NCBI GenBank assembly: GCA_946965045.2
Contig: OX337236.1
Location: 2,170,001-2,234,000 of the forward strand
Reading direction: 5' to 3'
Length of the DNA stretch: 64,000 nt
Source: Epithemia pelagica
Taxonomy: Eukaryota; Protista; Bacillariophyta
Shown here one piece after another: positions 1 to 11,406 of this stretch (the stretch's first letter is position 1; every line of letters starts with the position of its first letter). The translations under genes and the position numbers were made by a program. The notes below the pieces were generated by a model. It was not told the DNA's origin. It saw only the letters and a list, made by a program, of their open reading frames with translations, and did no database searches.

Positions 1-717
1 GCACACCACCACGAAGGGTCCGACTAACCAATCGTTCGAATTGTCGCACATCTTTGCGAAACAGTTCAGCCGCCTCGTGATTCAACGGATCGTCAGGATT
101 AGGCTCATAAAACAAGTAAATGAGTCCATAAATGACAGCGTTAATGTCCAACACGGGTTTCCAATCCTCGCGCAAAATATTCAAACAAACTTTGCCTTGT
201 AAATCAATGTTTGGATGGTAAATTTTGGTGCCACATTCCACCTTAGGTGGAGAATGTGGGTAATGAGGAGGAATCACGAAGGAAAAACGATAGGTAGCTC
301 CTTTCCAGTATCCTGAGTCAGGAGATATCGAAACGTTGAATGATGTCAAGTCATTGGGGTTGGGAAACGTGACCTCGGCAACTTTTCCACCGTCCAATTC
401 GGCAATATCTGGCGGGTATTGTAAATCGGTGAGAAACACAACAAACCGAGACAAACAATGAAAGTCAATGCTAACAATGACCAACCTTTTTGAATCCGAA
501 TTTCACCCGGCGTACGTTTCTTGCCCGATGTTTCCCCCTCTTCATTTTTGGTCGTTTTCTTCCCGCCAATACCCAACAAGGATATTTTTTGCTGTTGCGC
601 CGGCTCTTCAGCCGATGAGGAGGGCTTCTCAGCAGTGGAGGTAGATGCCTCTTGCTGTTGTTGCTGTTGCAGTTGTTGTTGCTTTTCCGCTTCTCGTTTC
701 TTTTTCAAGGCCAACAT
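1..717 (-). CDS. UBC12: NEDD8-conjugating E2 enzyme (Ubc12/UBE2M); two exons (717-486, 408-<1); 3' end runs off the window
   Basis: Splicing a 77-nt GT..AG intron (485-409, phase 1) gives KRTPGEIRIQKDIAELDGG...YPHSPPKV...IYHPNIDLQGKVCLNILREDWKPVLDINAVIYGL...EPNPDDPLNHEAA: UBC fold with HPN motif and catalytic Cys, plus the Ubc12-type N-terminal extension. Confidence 0.95.
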
Positions 718-1142
718 GGTGAATGTTACGGACGCGACAGATCAAATTTATGAAATTTGGAAACCCGCAAAAGAAGGAAAAAGAGAGACGACAAAAAAAT
801 CTTCTGATTATTTTCGACAGAAAAGACCCGCGCAAGCGTGGGAACGCGCGCGCGCGAGACCACCTTTTGACGACCCATATGCGATCCGATTTATCTTCAT
901 CAACCATCACATCAACCTCCAACAAAACAGCCACCCAAGACCCAAGATGCTGGCTTCCTTTCTTGATGGCAAAGGTTGACCGCATGCGGACAATGCATTG
1001 CTTTCATGCATTGCAAGGTATCCAGAATCGTTTCGTTGTGATACGGCCACGAGTGAACCATGTAGTTCTACAGGTTTGATGGAGTTCATCGAAGGAACAT
1101 TGGCCGACGACGGCCGTTCGTACACTGACATCGAATCATCTG

Positions 1143-3374
1143 ATGGACACAGCCACGATTCTTGCGCCTGAGTTTCGTCACTTGTCTCCATGCTTTGGAG
1201 CAGCGCTGCTGAATACCAAAAATTTGGCGTGTCTACAAAACTTGATGAACATCGGAGACTTTCTCGAAGACTGCCAACGTGCAGACGTTTCGGGTGATAA
1301 CAAGAGCGACGAAAAGGTTCTATCGAATGAAGCTTCTGTGGATGGCTTGTGGCATCCTTGCCAATTGGCGAACCAAATATTTTTCCAGCCACATGAACAA
1401 GCTACAATTCGAGTCACGAAAAATAGGTCAGTTCCAGCGGCACATATGACACCGGCCATAATGGGTGCGCTTTGGGGATTGTCCATGGCCAATACCGTCC
1501 ATGATCCTGCCCTGAGTGAAAAACGGTTTCGAAAGCTCTTAAAAGATCACTGTGGGATACGATCCAATTACGTTTTCGATGAGTGGACAGGAGTCTCGTT
1601 GGTTCGATGGAAAGAGTTGATGAAACACATGCCGACCTTCAAGCAAAGCAAGAACCAATCAACTCTTTCTCAGTATCTGTGCAGTGCCGTTTGGAATGCT
1701 GCGTTGTGGGAGAAGAGTATGTCGAAGCAATGCCTCATGGATTACCGTCTACACCTGGAAAAGAGCTCCAATATGAAAATATTTGCCCAAAATGAATTGG
1801 CAACAGCTCTCAAACACTGTTCGGTCGCTCGTGAGGAATGGTCGAACGCCCGTTTTTCAGAAGATGAAACCGATTCACAATCGATCCATTCGGCAATGGA
1901 TTTATTAATGGACAATGGCGTATTTGGTGCAACCACCATCCCCACGCAACAAGAGGACTCGACCATCGCTCGTGCATTGGAACTGGTTTGTTGTGCCGCT
2001 TCTCGACGCGAAAGGGCCAAACCCGTTGTTCCGAATGGTTATTATGGATATGATGGAGGCAAGGTGAAACCGGATTGTGTTGAAGTGGCAGTTCGTGAAC
2101 TAATAGATTTATTGCTGTGGAATGAAGAAACAGCATCCTTCGAGGTCAACCGGTTACCGCCTACAGCAAGACCGGAGCTATTGGCCTTGTACCAAATTCC
2201 ATCATCCATCGTCTCTACAAACTACTCTACTGACACAGTTCCAGAGGGTGTAGACTTCGTGGATGAAGCGGAGGATAGAGATGACGCTAGTCTTGTTCGC
2301 GCTGCTGTAGCGGGTGATGGAAAGGACTGGTTTGAGATGCTGTCCAACATGCCTGAATGTGACTATTTATCGACAAGTCCTCACGGCAAGCCGTACGAAT
2401 TAACTCCCACTCTTTCCAACATGACGAAAGTCGTTCAACGATTATTATTTCCACATCATGAACAAGAGAAGTGGACATCGCTCCAGGATTTGCAGCACTT
2501 TTGGACGGCGGATCGATTGAATATTAAGCTGGACACTTTCACGGAACGTGCCAAAATGTCTCAAGAGCTTTTGGTGCATCAAGTCGCAACCATTCATGTG
2601 GAAGGTAGTACCAATGCCATTGAAATGCGCTTACGATGTGATTGGGAACGTAACACGGGCTTTGCGACTGTAACACATATGAAATTGCAGCAAGAGCGAG
2701 AACTGCTGGGACAAGACCAACAGGACAAACTACTGCAGTCTCTCGAGTTGCATTCTCATGAGACGGACCAGAGTTGGTTGGTTCCTTTTTCGCTTTGCTT
2801 TCTTAGTGCTCATGGCATTACGCGATCGAGCAGGAACCATACGTCTGATTCCTTGCCACTTCATTTGATATCTTCGCTCTATGGCGCGGACCGACGAGGG
2901 TTGATGCAAATTTTGGCAACATCAGACTTGGAACGGGAGGACCGAGCATTCCAAAAGGCTCTAAGGGAAAGCCAAGATATGCTCAAGGCGGCCGTAACCG
3001 AGTTGTGTAAAGGATTGAGTAGTGGTGAAAACAGCGAGCAGGCTGTTTGCCATGCGGAGTTGCTGGGTTGGATACTGTGCCAGAAACCGAATGTGACGAT
3101 GACTACCAACAACTCCCTGCCTGATTCAAAGTCGGCTTCGTATGATTCCAATGTGGAGCAATCGTTGTTGTCTTTGCCCCCCGAGATTGTTTTGGACAGC
3201 CCAGCGATTCAACTGGGATTGGCACGGAACCGATGGATGTGTCGAGGAAAGCTGTTGAACAAGTATGCACAATGGAGGAATGGCAAAGCATCTCGATGGG
3301 ATGTTGTCCAGAGTTTGGGAGTAGGAGAGATTTTCTCGTTTTTAGTTTGGGCTCTTGGAAGCGGACGGTCGTGA
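1143..3374 (+). CDS. Hypothetical protein, 743 aa, divergently transcribed from UBC12
   Basis: Long uninterrupted ORF with globular-protein composition; no motif recognised. Confidence 0.75.
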   Translation: MDTATILAPEFRHLSPCFGAALLNTKNLACLQNLMNIGDFLEDCQRADVSGDNKSDEKVLSNEASVDGLWHPCQLANQIFFQPHEQATIRVTKNRSVPAAHMTPAIMGALWGLSMANTVHDPALSEKRFRKLLKDHCGIRSNYVFDEWTGVSLVRWKELMKHMPTFKQSKNQSTLSQYLCSAVWNAALWEKSMSKQCLMDYRLHLEKSSNMKIFAQNELATALKHCSVAREEWSNARFSEDETDSQSIHSAMDLLMDNGVFGATTIPTQQEDSTIARALELVCCAASRRERAKPVVPNGYYGYDGGKVKPDCVEVAVRELIDLLLWNEETASFEVNRLPPTARPELLALYQIPSSIVSTNYSTDTVPEGVDFVDEAEDRDDASLVRAAVAGDGKDWFEMLSNMPECDYLSTSPHGKPYELTPTLSNMTKVVQRLLFPHHEQEKWTSLQDLQHFWTADRLNIKLDTFTERAKMSQELLVHQVATIHVEGSTNAIEMRLRCDWERNTGFATVTHMKLQQERELLGQDQQDKLLQSLELHSHETDQSWLVPFSLCFLSAHGITRSSRNHTSDSLPLHLISSLYGADRRGLMQILATSDLEREDRAFQKALRESQDMLKAAVTELCKGLSSGENSEQAVCHAELLGWILCQKPNVTMTTNNSLPDSKSASYDSNVEQSLLSLPPEIVLDSPAIQLGLARNRWMCRGKLLNKYAQWRNGKASRWDVVQSLGVGEIFSFLVWALGSGRS

Positions 3375-3526
3375 AATGGAAAGTTGAGGCCAATGCATCA
3401 GTAATCAGTACGGGCCTTGGAATATCGTCTATTAGACAACGCAGTTTCAGAGGGTGCAACTGGCTACATAGAATTTCCCACTCAGGCGATGCGTTCACGA
3501 GTAAGAGAGGGACGATAAAAATTCGA

Positions 3527-4053
3527 ATGGAGCATGTACGGAACACCTTTGGTACTACCTCATCTGTTCGTAAGGAACCCAAATCTTCAAATGAACAGAG
3601 CTATATATTTAGTCCCACATTCCCATTTCCAGGCCGTCCTCAACATCGACCAAATTGTTCCAATGGCACATGGCACGACGCTTATTGTAACATGGTGAGT
3701 CGACTGGAGTTCAGATGGGTATACCTTACACCTACCTCGTTGGTGTCGCCTGATTTGTTCCTAAGCATGTCAAGAGGGTTTCTGAGGAGGAAACGACCTT
3801 TGTGTGCAATGCCTTCCTGCATTACCTGTACCACCGCACAAAGGGAACTATTCGATTGGGATTACTGGGAGGTTACGCGACAGAAAGGCCGTTTAGGTAT
3901 GATCATCTTCCAATCACCGAACATGACTCTGCAGACACCTTCCTTCCTCAATACCCGTTTGACACGACAAACGAAGAGGCGGTTTTCGACAAAAGAGTAT
4001 ATGCCGTCTGTAGTTGCTTCCGGATGCGATCGCAGCACACCAACAATGGATAA
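3527..4053 (+). CDS. Possible small three-exon hypothetical protein (about 130 aa; exons 3527-3569, 3633-3694, 3766-4053)
   Basis: Canonical donors GTAAGG (3570) and GTGAGT (3695) with acceptors CCAG (3632) and CTAAG (3765) join in phase into one open frame ending ...RSQHTNNG*. Confidence 0.45.
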
Positions 4054-4099
4054 AAATACACGGCCGCGGGTCGTAACGAGGGTGAAATTTGTAAAGTAC

Positions 4100-5494
4100 T
4101 TAATTCCATGAAGCACAAGTGATGTCGTCGTCCTCAAATTCATCGCCAGTCACAGCGGGAATTTCGATTTCTTTATCGAGCAGCTCGAGAAAACTTGTTC
4201 TGGGAGGATTTCTTTCTGCTGGGTCAAACAGCCTAATGTCGACGGAGGAGTCTGACTCCTCTTCACCCGAGGAAGCAGAGGCTGAACAACCAGGTAGAAG
4301 GTTGCATTCCCCGTATCTATCCTCACTTTTGGGAATATAGAAAGACAAATTCACGCCTGCCTTGATCAATGCTGTGTACGGATCCATGATGTACTTAGCC
4401 CCTTCTGGTTCATTTTTGTATAGAAGTTCAAAATCGATGACGTAAAGTTTGAATTCACGACCTTGGCTGCCCTTAAGTATTGGAACATCAACTTTCCCTT
4501 CTACCAGCAACATCTCCTTCATTGTTCTTAACATCTCCTTCTGGCTCGTACCACCATCGGTCACATCAAGCTTCTCGTAGTGGCTATCCCAGTTGGTAAC
4601 CAGCGAATCCGCCATAGCTTTCATCACTTCCGCCAGAAGGTGTGTCGCATTCTGCACTTGCTGTCCGGATGCTATCTTGATGTGGTCATGTGTAGTATCC
4701 TGGGTCATTTGAAGCTCCCAATAGGTCCTCGCAGAGTCAGCTATGATGAGCATTTTGTACCCAGTACTGTATTGCCACTCTGCCATATCTTTCATCGACG
4801 AGAAGATTGGGATAGCCCAAACCACCCTGTTTGTTAGCGTGTCGTAGATGAGATTGTGTTCACCAGCGAAATATAATTTGGAGGTTCTCATGCTGGCGAG
4901 CTTCTGGATGAGGAGCTTGTCATAATTCCGGTTTGTATCTCCAGTAACAAGTTTGAACATTGGCCACCAGAACTGGTGGCATTGATGGTCGGCGGGAAAC
5001 GTATGTGCTCGCCATTTATCGTTTTTGTAGAGTGATTCACCGAGAATGTTTTTGGCATATGTCTTCTCGTGGTTTTCGTCCGCAGCTCTATTCGATCCAT
5101 GGATTGCTCCAACATCAGGCACTTCAATTGACACTTGAGAGGTAGTGTCCACATCCTTCGTGAATAGACTAGATATGCCGTGACTAGTCTCCAAAATGGC
5201 CTCCAAATCCTGGCCATCGTCGAAAACATGGACTACATCTTCGCGCAAATACAACGAGCATGTGTTTTCTTTGCGAAGTTTCAATGCATCATCATAGCAT
5301 CTCTTGTAATCCTCAGCCTCAAATTCCCACACCTTCTCGATGGTATCCCAGTAATGGCCAGAGTCCTTTTCGTCCCTTTCTCTGAAAACTTCAACCCTTT
5401 CTCTGATAGCTTTATCCTTTTCCCGGTTAGCAGCTGCTAATAGCTCTTTGAGCTACTCGTTTGATTTTGATGGCTTGGAACAATCCGCCCCCAT
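4100..5494 (-). pseudogene. Hypothetical protein with a degenerate HNH_2-like segment, interrupted by an in-frame TAG at codon 14
   Basis: The 410-aa ORF (4100-5332) extends upstream in frame to ATG 5494 (MGADCSKPSKSNE*LKELLAAANREK...) with one TAG at 5455-5453. RAHTFP...SKLYFAGEHNLIYD resembles the HNH_2 AHIxP...NxLxLxxxxHxxFD pattern. Confidence 0.5.
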
Positions 5495-5623
5495 CGTTTC
5501 TCTGTTGTGAGTCACGAAATCAGCGCTTAGCACGTAAGCTGCTAAAGGCTAAATCATCTTTTCAGACCCATTCCTCTCAACATTGATCCAATGTGGGGCA
5601 CATGGCTTGTAACTTGGTTACCC

Positions 5624-7272
5624 TGTAACTTATCACCGGAACATTGACGCGGGTGAAGGTGCGAGTGCGGGGGGTAAGCCCCCGCACTCGCATCAACATT
5701 CCTACTATAAACTTAACAGTTATCCGTAGTTTTGTCATGCGACTGTGCTTCAACGGATAGAATGACAGACGATTGTCGGGTGTATCCACAAGATTCATCT
5801 CACAATCCACACACTCCATAGGTACGACGGCAACGACGACAGTTCATGTTGGATTTGGATACCGTAGCTCTACGAAGAAGAAGACGACCATCCTCGGCCA
5901 TCATGGTATGTTTGGTACAATCGGCTTGAATAGTAGTAGCATGGACCAGCAGCAGGAGGCTATGGCCGGTGATTGTTCTTTTCCTTGTTACAAGAACGAC
6001 AAGACATCACTCCTCGACGACCAACGTGTCTCGTTCCATGAACCTGTCTCGATCTCGCGCGAACCAAAAAGAAGAAGAAGAGAGAAGAAGTGCTACAGTG
6101 GCTGGAGTGAAACCTCACGCGATAGAGGTCTGTGTGGTCGACACAAGAAGAAAGAAGAAGAACTACCATCGGGGGTCTGGCTCCATTGGGTCCTCATTGC
6201 AACAGTGCTATTAACGCAACACACGAGGACGACGTCGTTGGTCCTTTTGTGTGCAGGGTGGCTCGTTTCGGTTCCACAACGACAAACGACTGGAAAACCA
6301 TGATGCGACGACAATACGGTCCATCATCAAATCCGGAGAACCACCACCACCATCGTTTGTTGGTAGTACGCGTAAGGAGGACCACAAGAACCACCACCAC
6401 AAGAACCTGCATCCAAACTCTCCCCCAACTCCAGACATTTCACGCAAATCGGCAACCGTGGTTGCATCCTCTTCTCGTCGTCGTTATTGTTCATTGCATG
6501 GAGTGTTGTATTCCTTGGCCGTCTTGTTTTGGGTGGGAGCGACGGTGCGTCTCGCCCTGATTCATTTCCAAAACGACCATCCCGATGCAATGACCCGCAG
6601 CGTCTTGTTGCTGTCGTCGTCCTCCTCCTCGTCGTCGTCGTCGCGCACAGGGTGGTCACCCATCAGCAGCACGAAAGCAATTCAACGTCCAACCTTGTTA
6701 CTCCACGACGATCCTCGAGGAGAAGAAGTAACTGTCACGAGCGACCAAGTTCAATTGGTATGGAATCAAGCCTTGCGGTATCAAGATCAACTGGAGGTGT
6801 CGTCCAATCATCTTCCATTCAACCATTTCCAGACCACCCGTACCAATTATCATTCGAGTAGCAGCAACAATCAGGACGACGACGACGACTACTTGTCATT
6901 GATTTATTCTTCGGCCTGTCTCATTGTCAAGGATGACAATCATTGGTTGGTTGAATGGATGGCCTATCATGGGATAGTGTTTTCCCTCTATATATCATGG
7001 ACTGCCTTGTGACTCTGTAAAATGCGTTGTGTGTCCATCGCCCATGCATCATAGACTTGTAAGTGCCTTGCGTACATCCATATCCATGGCAAGACATGCC
7101 AATTGCCAATAGCACACAATGCTCCGTGTAGCATTGGTGCCCTCGCAGCCCTTGCATGCCCGCAGAGACTTGCACGCAATTTTTGCGAGTGCCCGCGCTA
7201 AATTTTTAGATTTGGAGTCCCCCCTCGCACTCACACCTGCCCCCGCACAAAAAAGTAGCCTGACAAGTTACG
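5624..7272. mobile_element. Putative old non-autonomous TIR element enclosing a captured gene fragment
   Basis: Imperfect inverted ends of about 50 bp (GTAACTT(A/G)TCA..GCGGG.G.AGGTG(C/T)GAGTGCG.GGGG at 5625 and, reversed, at 7271); no TSD found. Confidence 0.4.
5941..6970 (+). pseudogene. Truncated glycosyltransferase-like (GT92/GT2-type) membrane protein fragment
   Basis: A TM segment followed by SACLIVKDDNHWLVEWMAYH, the start of this domain in diatom proteins; resemblance stops at 6970 and the rest of the domain is not in the window. Frames 5773-6303 and 6251-7012 need a frameshift near 6213 to join. Confidence 0.55.
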
Positions 7273-7317
7273 GTCTTAGTCGAACGTAGTTCAGGTGGGT
7301 ATACCTATCTCGTCGCT

Positions 7318-9890
7318 GGTAGACCCCAGCAAGTGTTATCTTTCCGCATGGACATGGATAGATGAATTTCTCGTAGGAGTAGTTGTTTAAGGTCGGGGTG
7401 GAAGGTGGGAAAATTGCAATTTCGCACAGCAAGGGGCGGCCCAAGTACTATAGAAAATAGAGAGTTGCGGGATTTTCGCAGTGCCACCCTGGAACGCTCG
7501 CCACATTGCATGCGTAACGGTTTTTAAGAAAATAGAATACAATTGCGCAGCCTAAAATTTTCGATGATTAAAAGAGGGGGGGGGGGGGGGCGTTCCAACC
7601 GCGACAAATTCTAGAGGAATATCGGCCAAAAAAGGATTATTTTGGCGTCTTTTTTTCTTGTATGGGTGTCAGTGGGATTACGGGGGGTCTTCTGTAGGAC
7701 ACTCCTAAAAAGTGTACGCTTTTCAAAAATATTTTTAAAACGCGTCGGATTTCGCCGGGAATTCCCTGGATTTTAAAATGAGGGATTAGCCGGATTTTGA
7801 CTGTTGCCGGCGCGTTGGAGACGTTGATTCCGCGGAAATCTCTTAGTTCTTCGTAAGAACGGGAATCTACGACCGCTCGGAAAAGTCGTGTGATCAGGAA
7901 ATATGGGGGAATTCAGGCAAAGTTACGTATGACGACCGATATCGAAAAGTGGGCAGAATTATACTCTGGCGGTAGCCCCTGCTACATCCCCTGTGCTATG
8001 TTGTATTGTATGTAGGCGAACGACGAACAACGGAGAGACCGCCACTACCCCAATTATCGATCACGAAGCGCTTGGGCTTGGGCGTACAAAGTTGTTGGGG
8101 TGTGGTTCTCTTCGGACCTTTGCTCATGATGGTCTCGGTTCCTGGGTGTCCAGGGTTCGAGTCCGCTGTGATTAGGTGGTTGGGAGGGCTAGATGTGGGG
8201 CCCGAAAAGCGGTTCGTCTATGTGGCCCCTTGTCACAAGCGGGCTGTCCCCCTGCTCCATGATTCCGAGAGTAATGGCGCCAGGGCAGTCGGTCGACCGT
8301 ACCCTAGCGGGTCGGCGCGGCAGCTGGAAGAATAGACTATTCCCTTTTTGTTGGGGTGTGGTTCTCGTTCACCCCCTCGTGGGGGTGGCTGAGAGGGTTT
8401 AATTTCGTGTAGCCCCCCCCATCTCTCACCCCCTAGCGGGGGTGTTTTCTGGTCTTGTAATTTCGTTGAAACACCCCCCCATCTCTCTGTGCAAAACAAA
8501 AAAAAAAATATCCGACCATCACGATAACAACACGGACCATGGTGTTGCACTGGTTGTTGTGCACCTATTTTGACACTTGGTACCTGTCGGGCGAGTCATA
8601 GACCTCTAACCAATAGCGTAGGATACATCTGCATGGCCAAAATATGAAGGTCAAGTTTCGCTGTTTTTCCAAAGAAAGTTCCATTCAACGGAGAACGGAG
8701 GTGACTGTTAACCGACAACGAAACAGGAGAGGTAGCGTAGAGGACCAAACCAAACGTGCAACCAGAACGACTCTATCCTTCGTCCGTATCCGGGACTCCA
8801 GCAACAGCAAGGACCACAAACAAAGCGAAAGTAAGCAGCAAAGCAAACCGACAACCGACAATGCCGCACCCGCAATATTCTATTCAAGGCCGTCTCTTGA
8901 CGGAGCATTCGTTTCCCTCGCCCGCCTGTAAGGAAAAAACGTTCCGGAGCCGCTCTACATGTTTGATTGACTTGGGCTCCTCTCTGATTGTCCTCACGGA
9001 AGGCAGCGAGGGCGGTTCTGGCCCGGACCATACGAAAGGACTTTTCCGCCTCGAGGTTGATCGCGACGCTGTCGTTTTTGCCGATGATAAAACCCAGAAG
9101 AAGAGCATGGAAGAGTGCAAGGGTATCTTGGACCAAGCTTTGGCGTCCTACGGGGAGTGTCAGATTCACAAGGTCAGTTTTCCGTTCTTCGGACAGGATG
9201 AATTGACGGTTGTCAAGACCCGTCCTTGCCTCTGTCTTTACAGCACCGACCCGAATGTTCCCTCGATTTACCTTGCGCTGTTCACAGAGGCGCCACGGGC
9301 TACACCAGCCACCGGACCTTGGGAGATGATTCTTGCTGGAGGCGACGAAGGCGAACTTGTTCCTGCGGAATCACCAACGCATCTTCTCGACCTATCAAAA
9401 ATGTGCACATTGCCGGAACTCCACATGCTGGAAGAGAATGAATTTTTGAATGGTAAGCCGACCTACGATTATTGGAAGATTACAAAGCACAAGATCATGA
9501 AAGTCAAAAACCCCTCAGACTTGCGCCGTCAAGTCGTACATCAGCTGCAGGCTGTCCTGTTGCAAAACCCTTTTCTCGACTACAAGGACAATACTCGGGA
9601 ATTAGATGTTGGCACCTGGGTAGTACGCTACGAAGTGCTCCGCGGGGAAGATGTCATGCGCCACATGATCTACAAATAGATTGAACCCTTCAGCATTCCA
9701 GAAGATTGGGGGATGGATGCGAAAAGAAGCTGTATTTTCGTCGCTCCTTTCCCGAAGGGATTTGTCCCTGGTAGCCCCCAGCGGGTCTATCTTTCCGCAT
9801 CAATAGAGACAAGACTATATTTAGATTCAGTATGAATCATCGATCAATAAGCGCTTGGGAGTAAGTTGTTGGGGTGTGGTGGTTCTCGTT
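7318..9890 (+). repeat. Dispersed direct-repeat modules flanking an orphan ORF
   Basis: GGTAG(A/C)CCC at 7318, 7971 and 9770; TATCTTTCCGCAT at 7337 and 9788; TCGATCA..AAGCGCTTGGG at 8057 and 9840; TTGTTGGGGTGTGGT at 8092, 8348 and 9866. Confidence 0.7.
8756..9679 (+). CDS. Hypothetical protein, 307 aa (start may be the later MPHPQY Met); possibly mobile-element cargo
   Basis: Intronless ORF with globular composition lying between repeat modules; no family recognised. Confidence 0.6.
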   Translation: MQPERLYPSSVSGTPATARTTNKAKVSSKANRQPTMPHPQYSIQGRLLTEHSFPSPACKEKTFRSRSTCLIDLGSSLIVLTEGSEGGSGPDHTKGLFRLEVDRDAVVFADDKTQKKSMEECKGILDQALASYGECQIHKVSFPFFGQDELTVVKTRPCLCLYSTDPNVPSIYLALFTEAPRATPATGPWEMILAGGDEGELVPAESPTHLLDLSKMCTLPELHMLEENEFLNGKPTYDYWKITKHKIMKVKNPSDLRRQVVHQLQAVLLQNPFLDYKDNTRELDVGTWVVRYEVLRGEDVMRHMIYK

Positions 9891-10172
9891 TTTCGCCGTT
9901 CTTCCAAAGAAATCCTTTCTTCTATTCAACGGAGACAACGATACAGGAGAGGAGGGTTCTGGTATTGGATTGGTTGGTCCGGACACCTCCTTTTTGTTTT
10001 GAGAACACCCTTCGAAGCGGGACACTTGAACTTTAGTGAACACAAAAAGGGCTTCATCACTATACTCTCTTCATAATTTTGTCAGAAGTATAGCAGAAAA
10101 AGGTGAAAAGCGAACCACGTCCGCATAGATCGTATCCACTCGTCGTCACATCTACACCGAACAAAAATCATC

Positions 10173-11022
10173 ATGTTAGATCTAATGGGCATCGTCTCGA
10201 ACGGAAATGGTCAATCGGGCCACGAGCGTGAATCGACGCCTCTCCTCCCATCGAATGCGAGCGGTGAGCGAGCAGTTGGTGGTCAACAACAATACTACTT
10301 TTTGGGCAAGGCCAGCAACGATTATCAAGGTGGAACAAGTGCCTCGGTTCGGGATTCCGATGGTGGTGAAGTTGTGGAAGAAATACCGGAAGGATCGCAC
10401 ACCGAAGAGTTTGCACCCAAACAACTTCCTCCCATGGTACGATGATCTTCCTGTCATCTTGGAATTCTTGCTTTGGATCAAATTCTAACATGATTTTAAC
10501 TCTTCGTTGTTTTCGACACAGATGGCTTCCCCGTCGACGTCGTCGAAACGAAAAAAGTTTCAGGCTCGTGATGGCAATGGTGGATTCTGGTCCAAGTTGT
10601 TTGGAGGTGGAGCAGGAGGAGGAACACGACGAACCACTCACCAACCGATTGGCGAAGTGGGAACCCTTTTAAAGCAACGCAAAGCACCGATAAAGGTGGA
10701 ACCCAAAGTCTTTTTCGCCAACGAACGTACTTTCTTGGCCTGGATGCATCTCTCGGTGACGCTGGCAGGTGCCTCGATTGCCATTTTGGCATTTGCCGAA
10801 GATCAAAATCCGTACTCGCAACTCTATGGAGTGCTGCTCTTGCCTGTGGCCATTGCCTTTATTATTTACAGCATGTACCAATACTCTCGACGAGCCACCA
10901 TGATTCGACATCGCAATCCTGGACCATATGAGGACACGGTGGGGCCGGCTGTTTTGGGAATCATGCTCATGGTTTCCATTGTTGCCCAGTTTGCCCTCAA
11001 GCTTTACTCACTGGCCGTCTAA
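10173..11022 (+). CDS. VTC1-like DUF202 membrane protein (vacuolar transporter chaperone, polyphosphate synthesis); exons 10173-10436 and 10522-11022
   Basis: KVEPKVFFANERTFLAW signature followed by three hydrophobic helices; 85-nt GT..CAG intron in phase 0. Confidence 0.9.
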
Positions 11023-11406
11023 AGAGTGATCCCGAGTTGTTGATGCCCTCATTCTACATCCGAAACTAAAGTTCCACTTCAGCTCATCCAGCCATCTCGA
11101 CACAAGTAACTAAGAGAACGCGTTTCTCAGCGAGAACGATAACACAAACTATGATAGAGTATTTATTCTGTTACCATGTTTTCTCTCGATGATTTTGCAT
11201 TGGTTATGAGAGAGCATTCGGCATGGATCTAAATTCGCTGCAAGTGTAGTTAAGTGAAAGTGCGCGTGAAGTAGGCGGCAATCGACCATGGCCGTAGATG
11301 GAAGAAACCTGATTTGACACTGTCACATTGTCAAGTCCCCTCAAAAAGTCCAAGATCATAACAACATGTCACTGTTTTTTTTTCAGTCTGCAACGTTTGC
11401 AATACT

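Noticed and set aside
521-1392. Overlapping ORFs around the UBC12 5' end
   Set aside because: Antisense or alternative-frame shadows of a CAG/TTG-rich exon and the bidirectional promoter; no protein-like motifs.
3900-3960. DSADTFLP resembling the DHFR C-terminus
   Set aside because: No other DHFR motifs in the spliced product; a chance match.
7576-7590. 15-G homopolymer
   Set aside because: Simple run with no supporting structure; length is unreliable in long-read assemblies.
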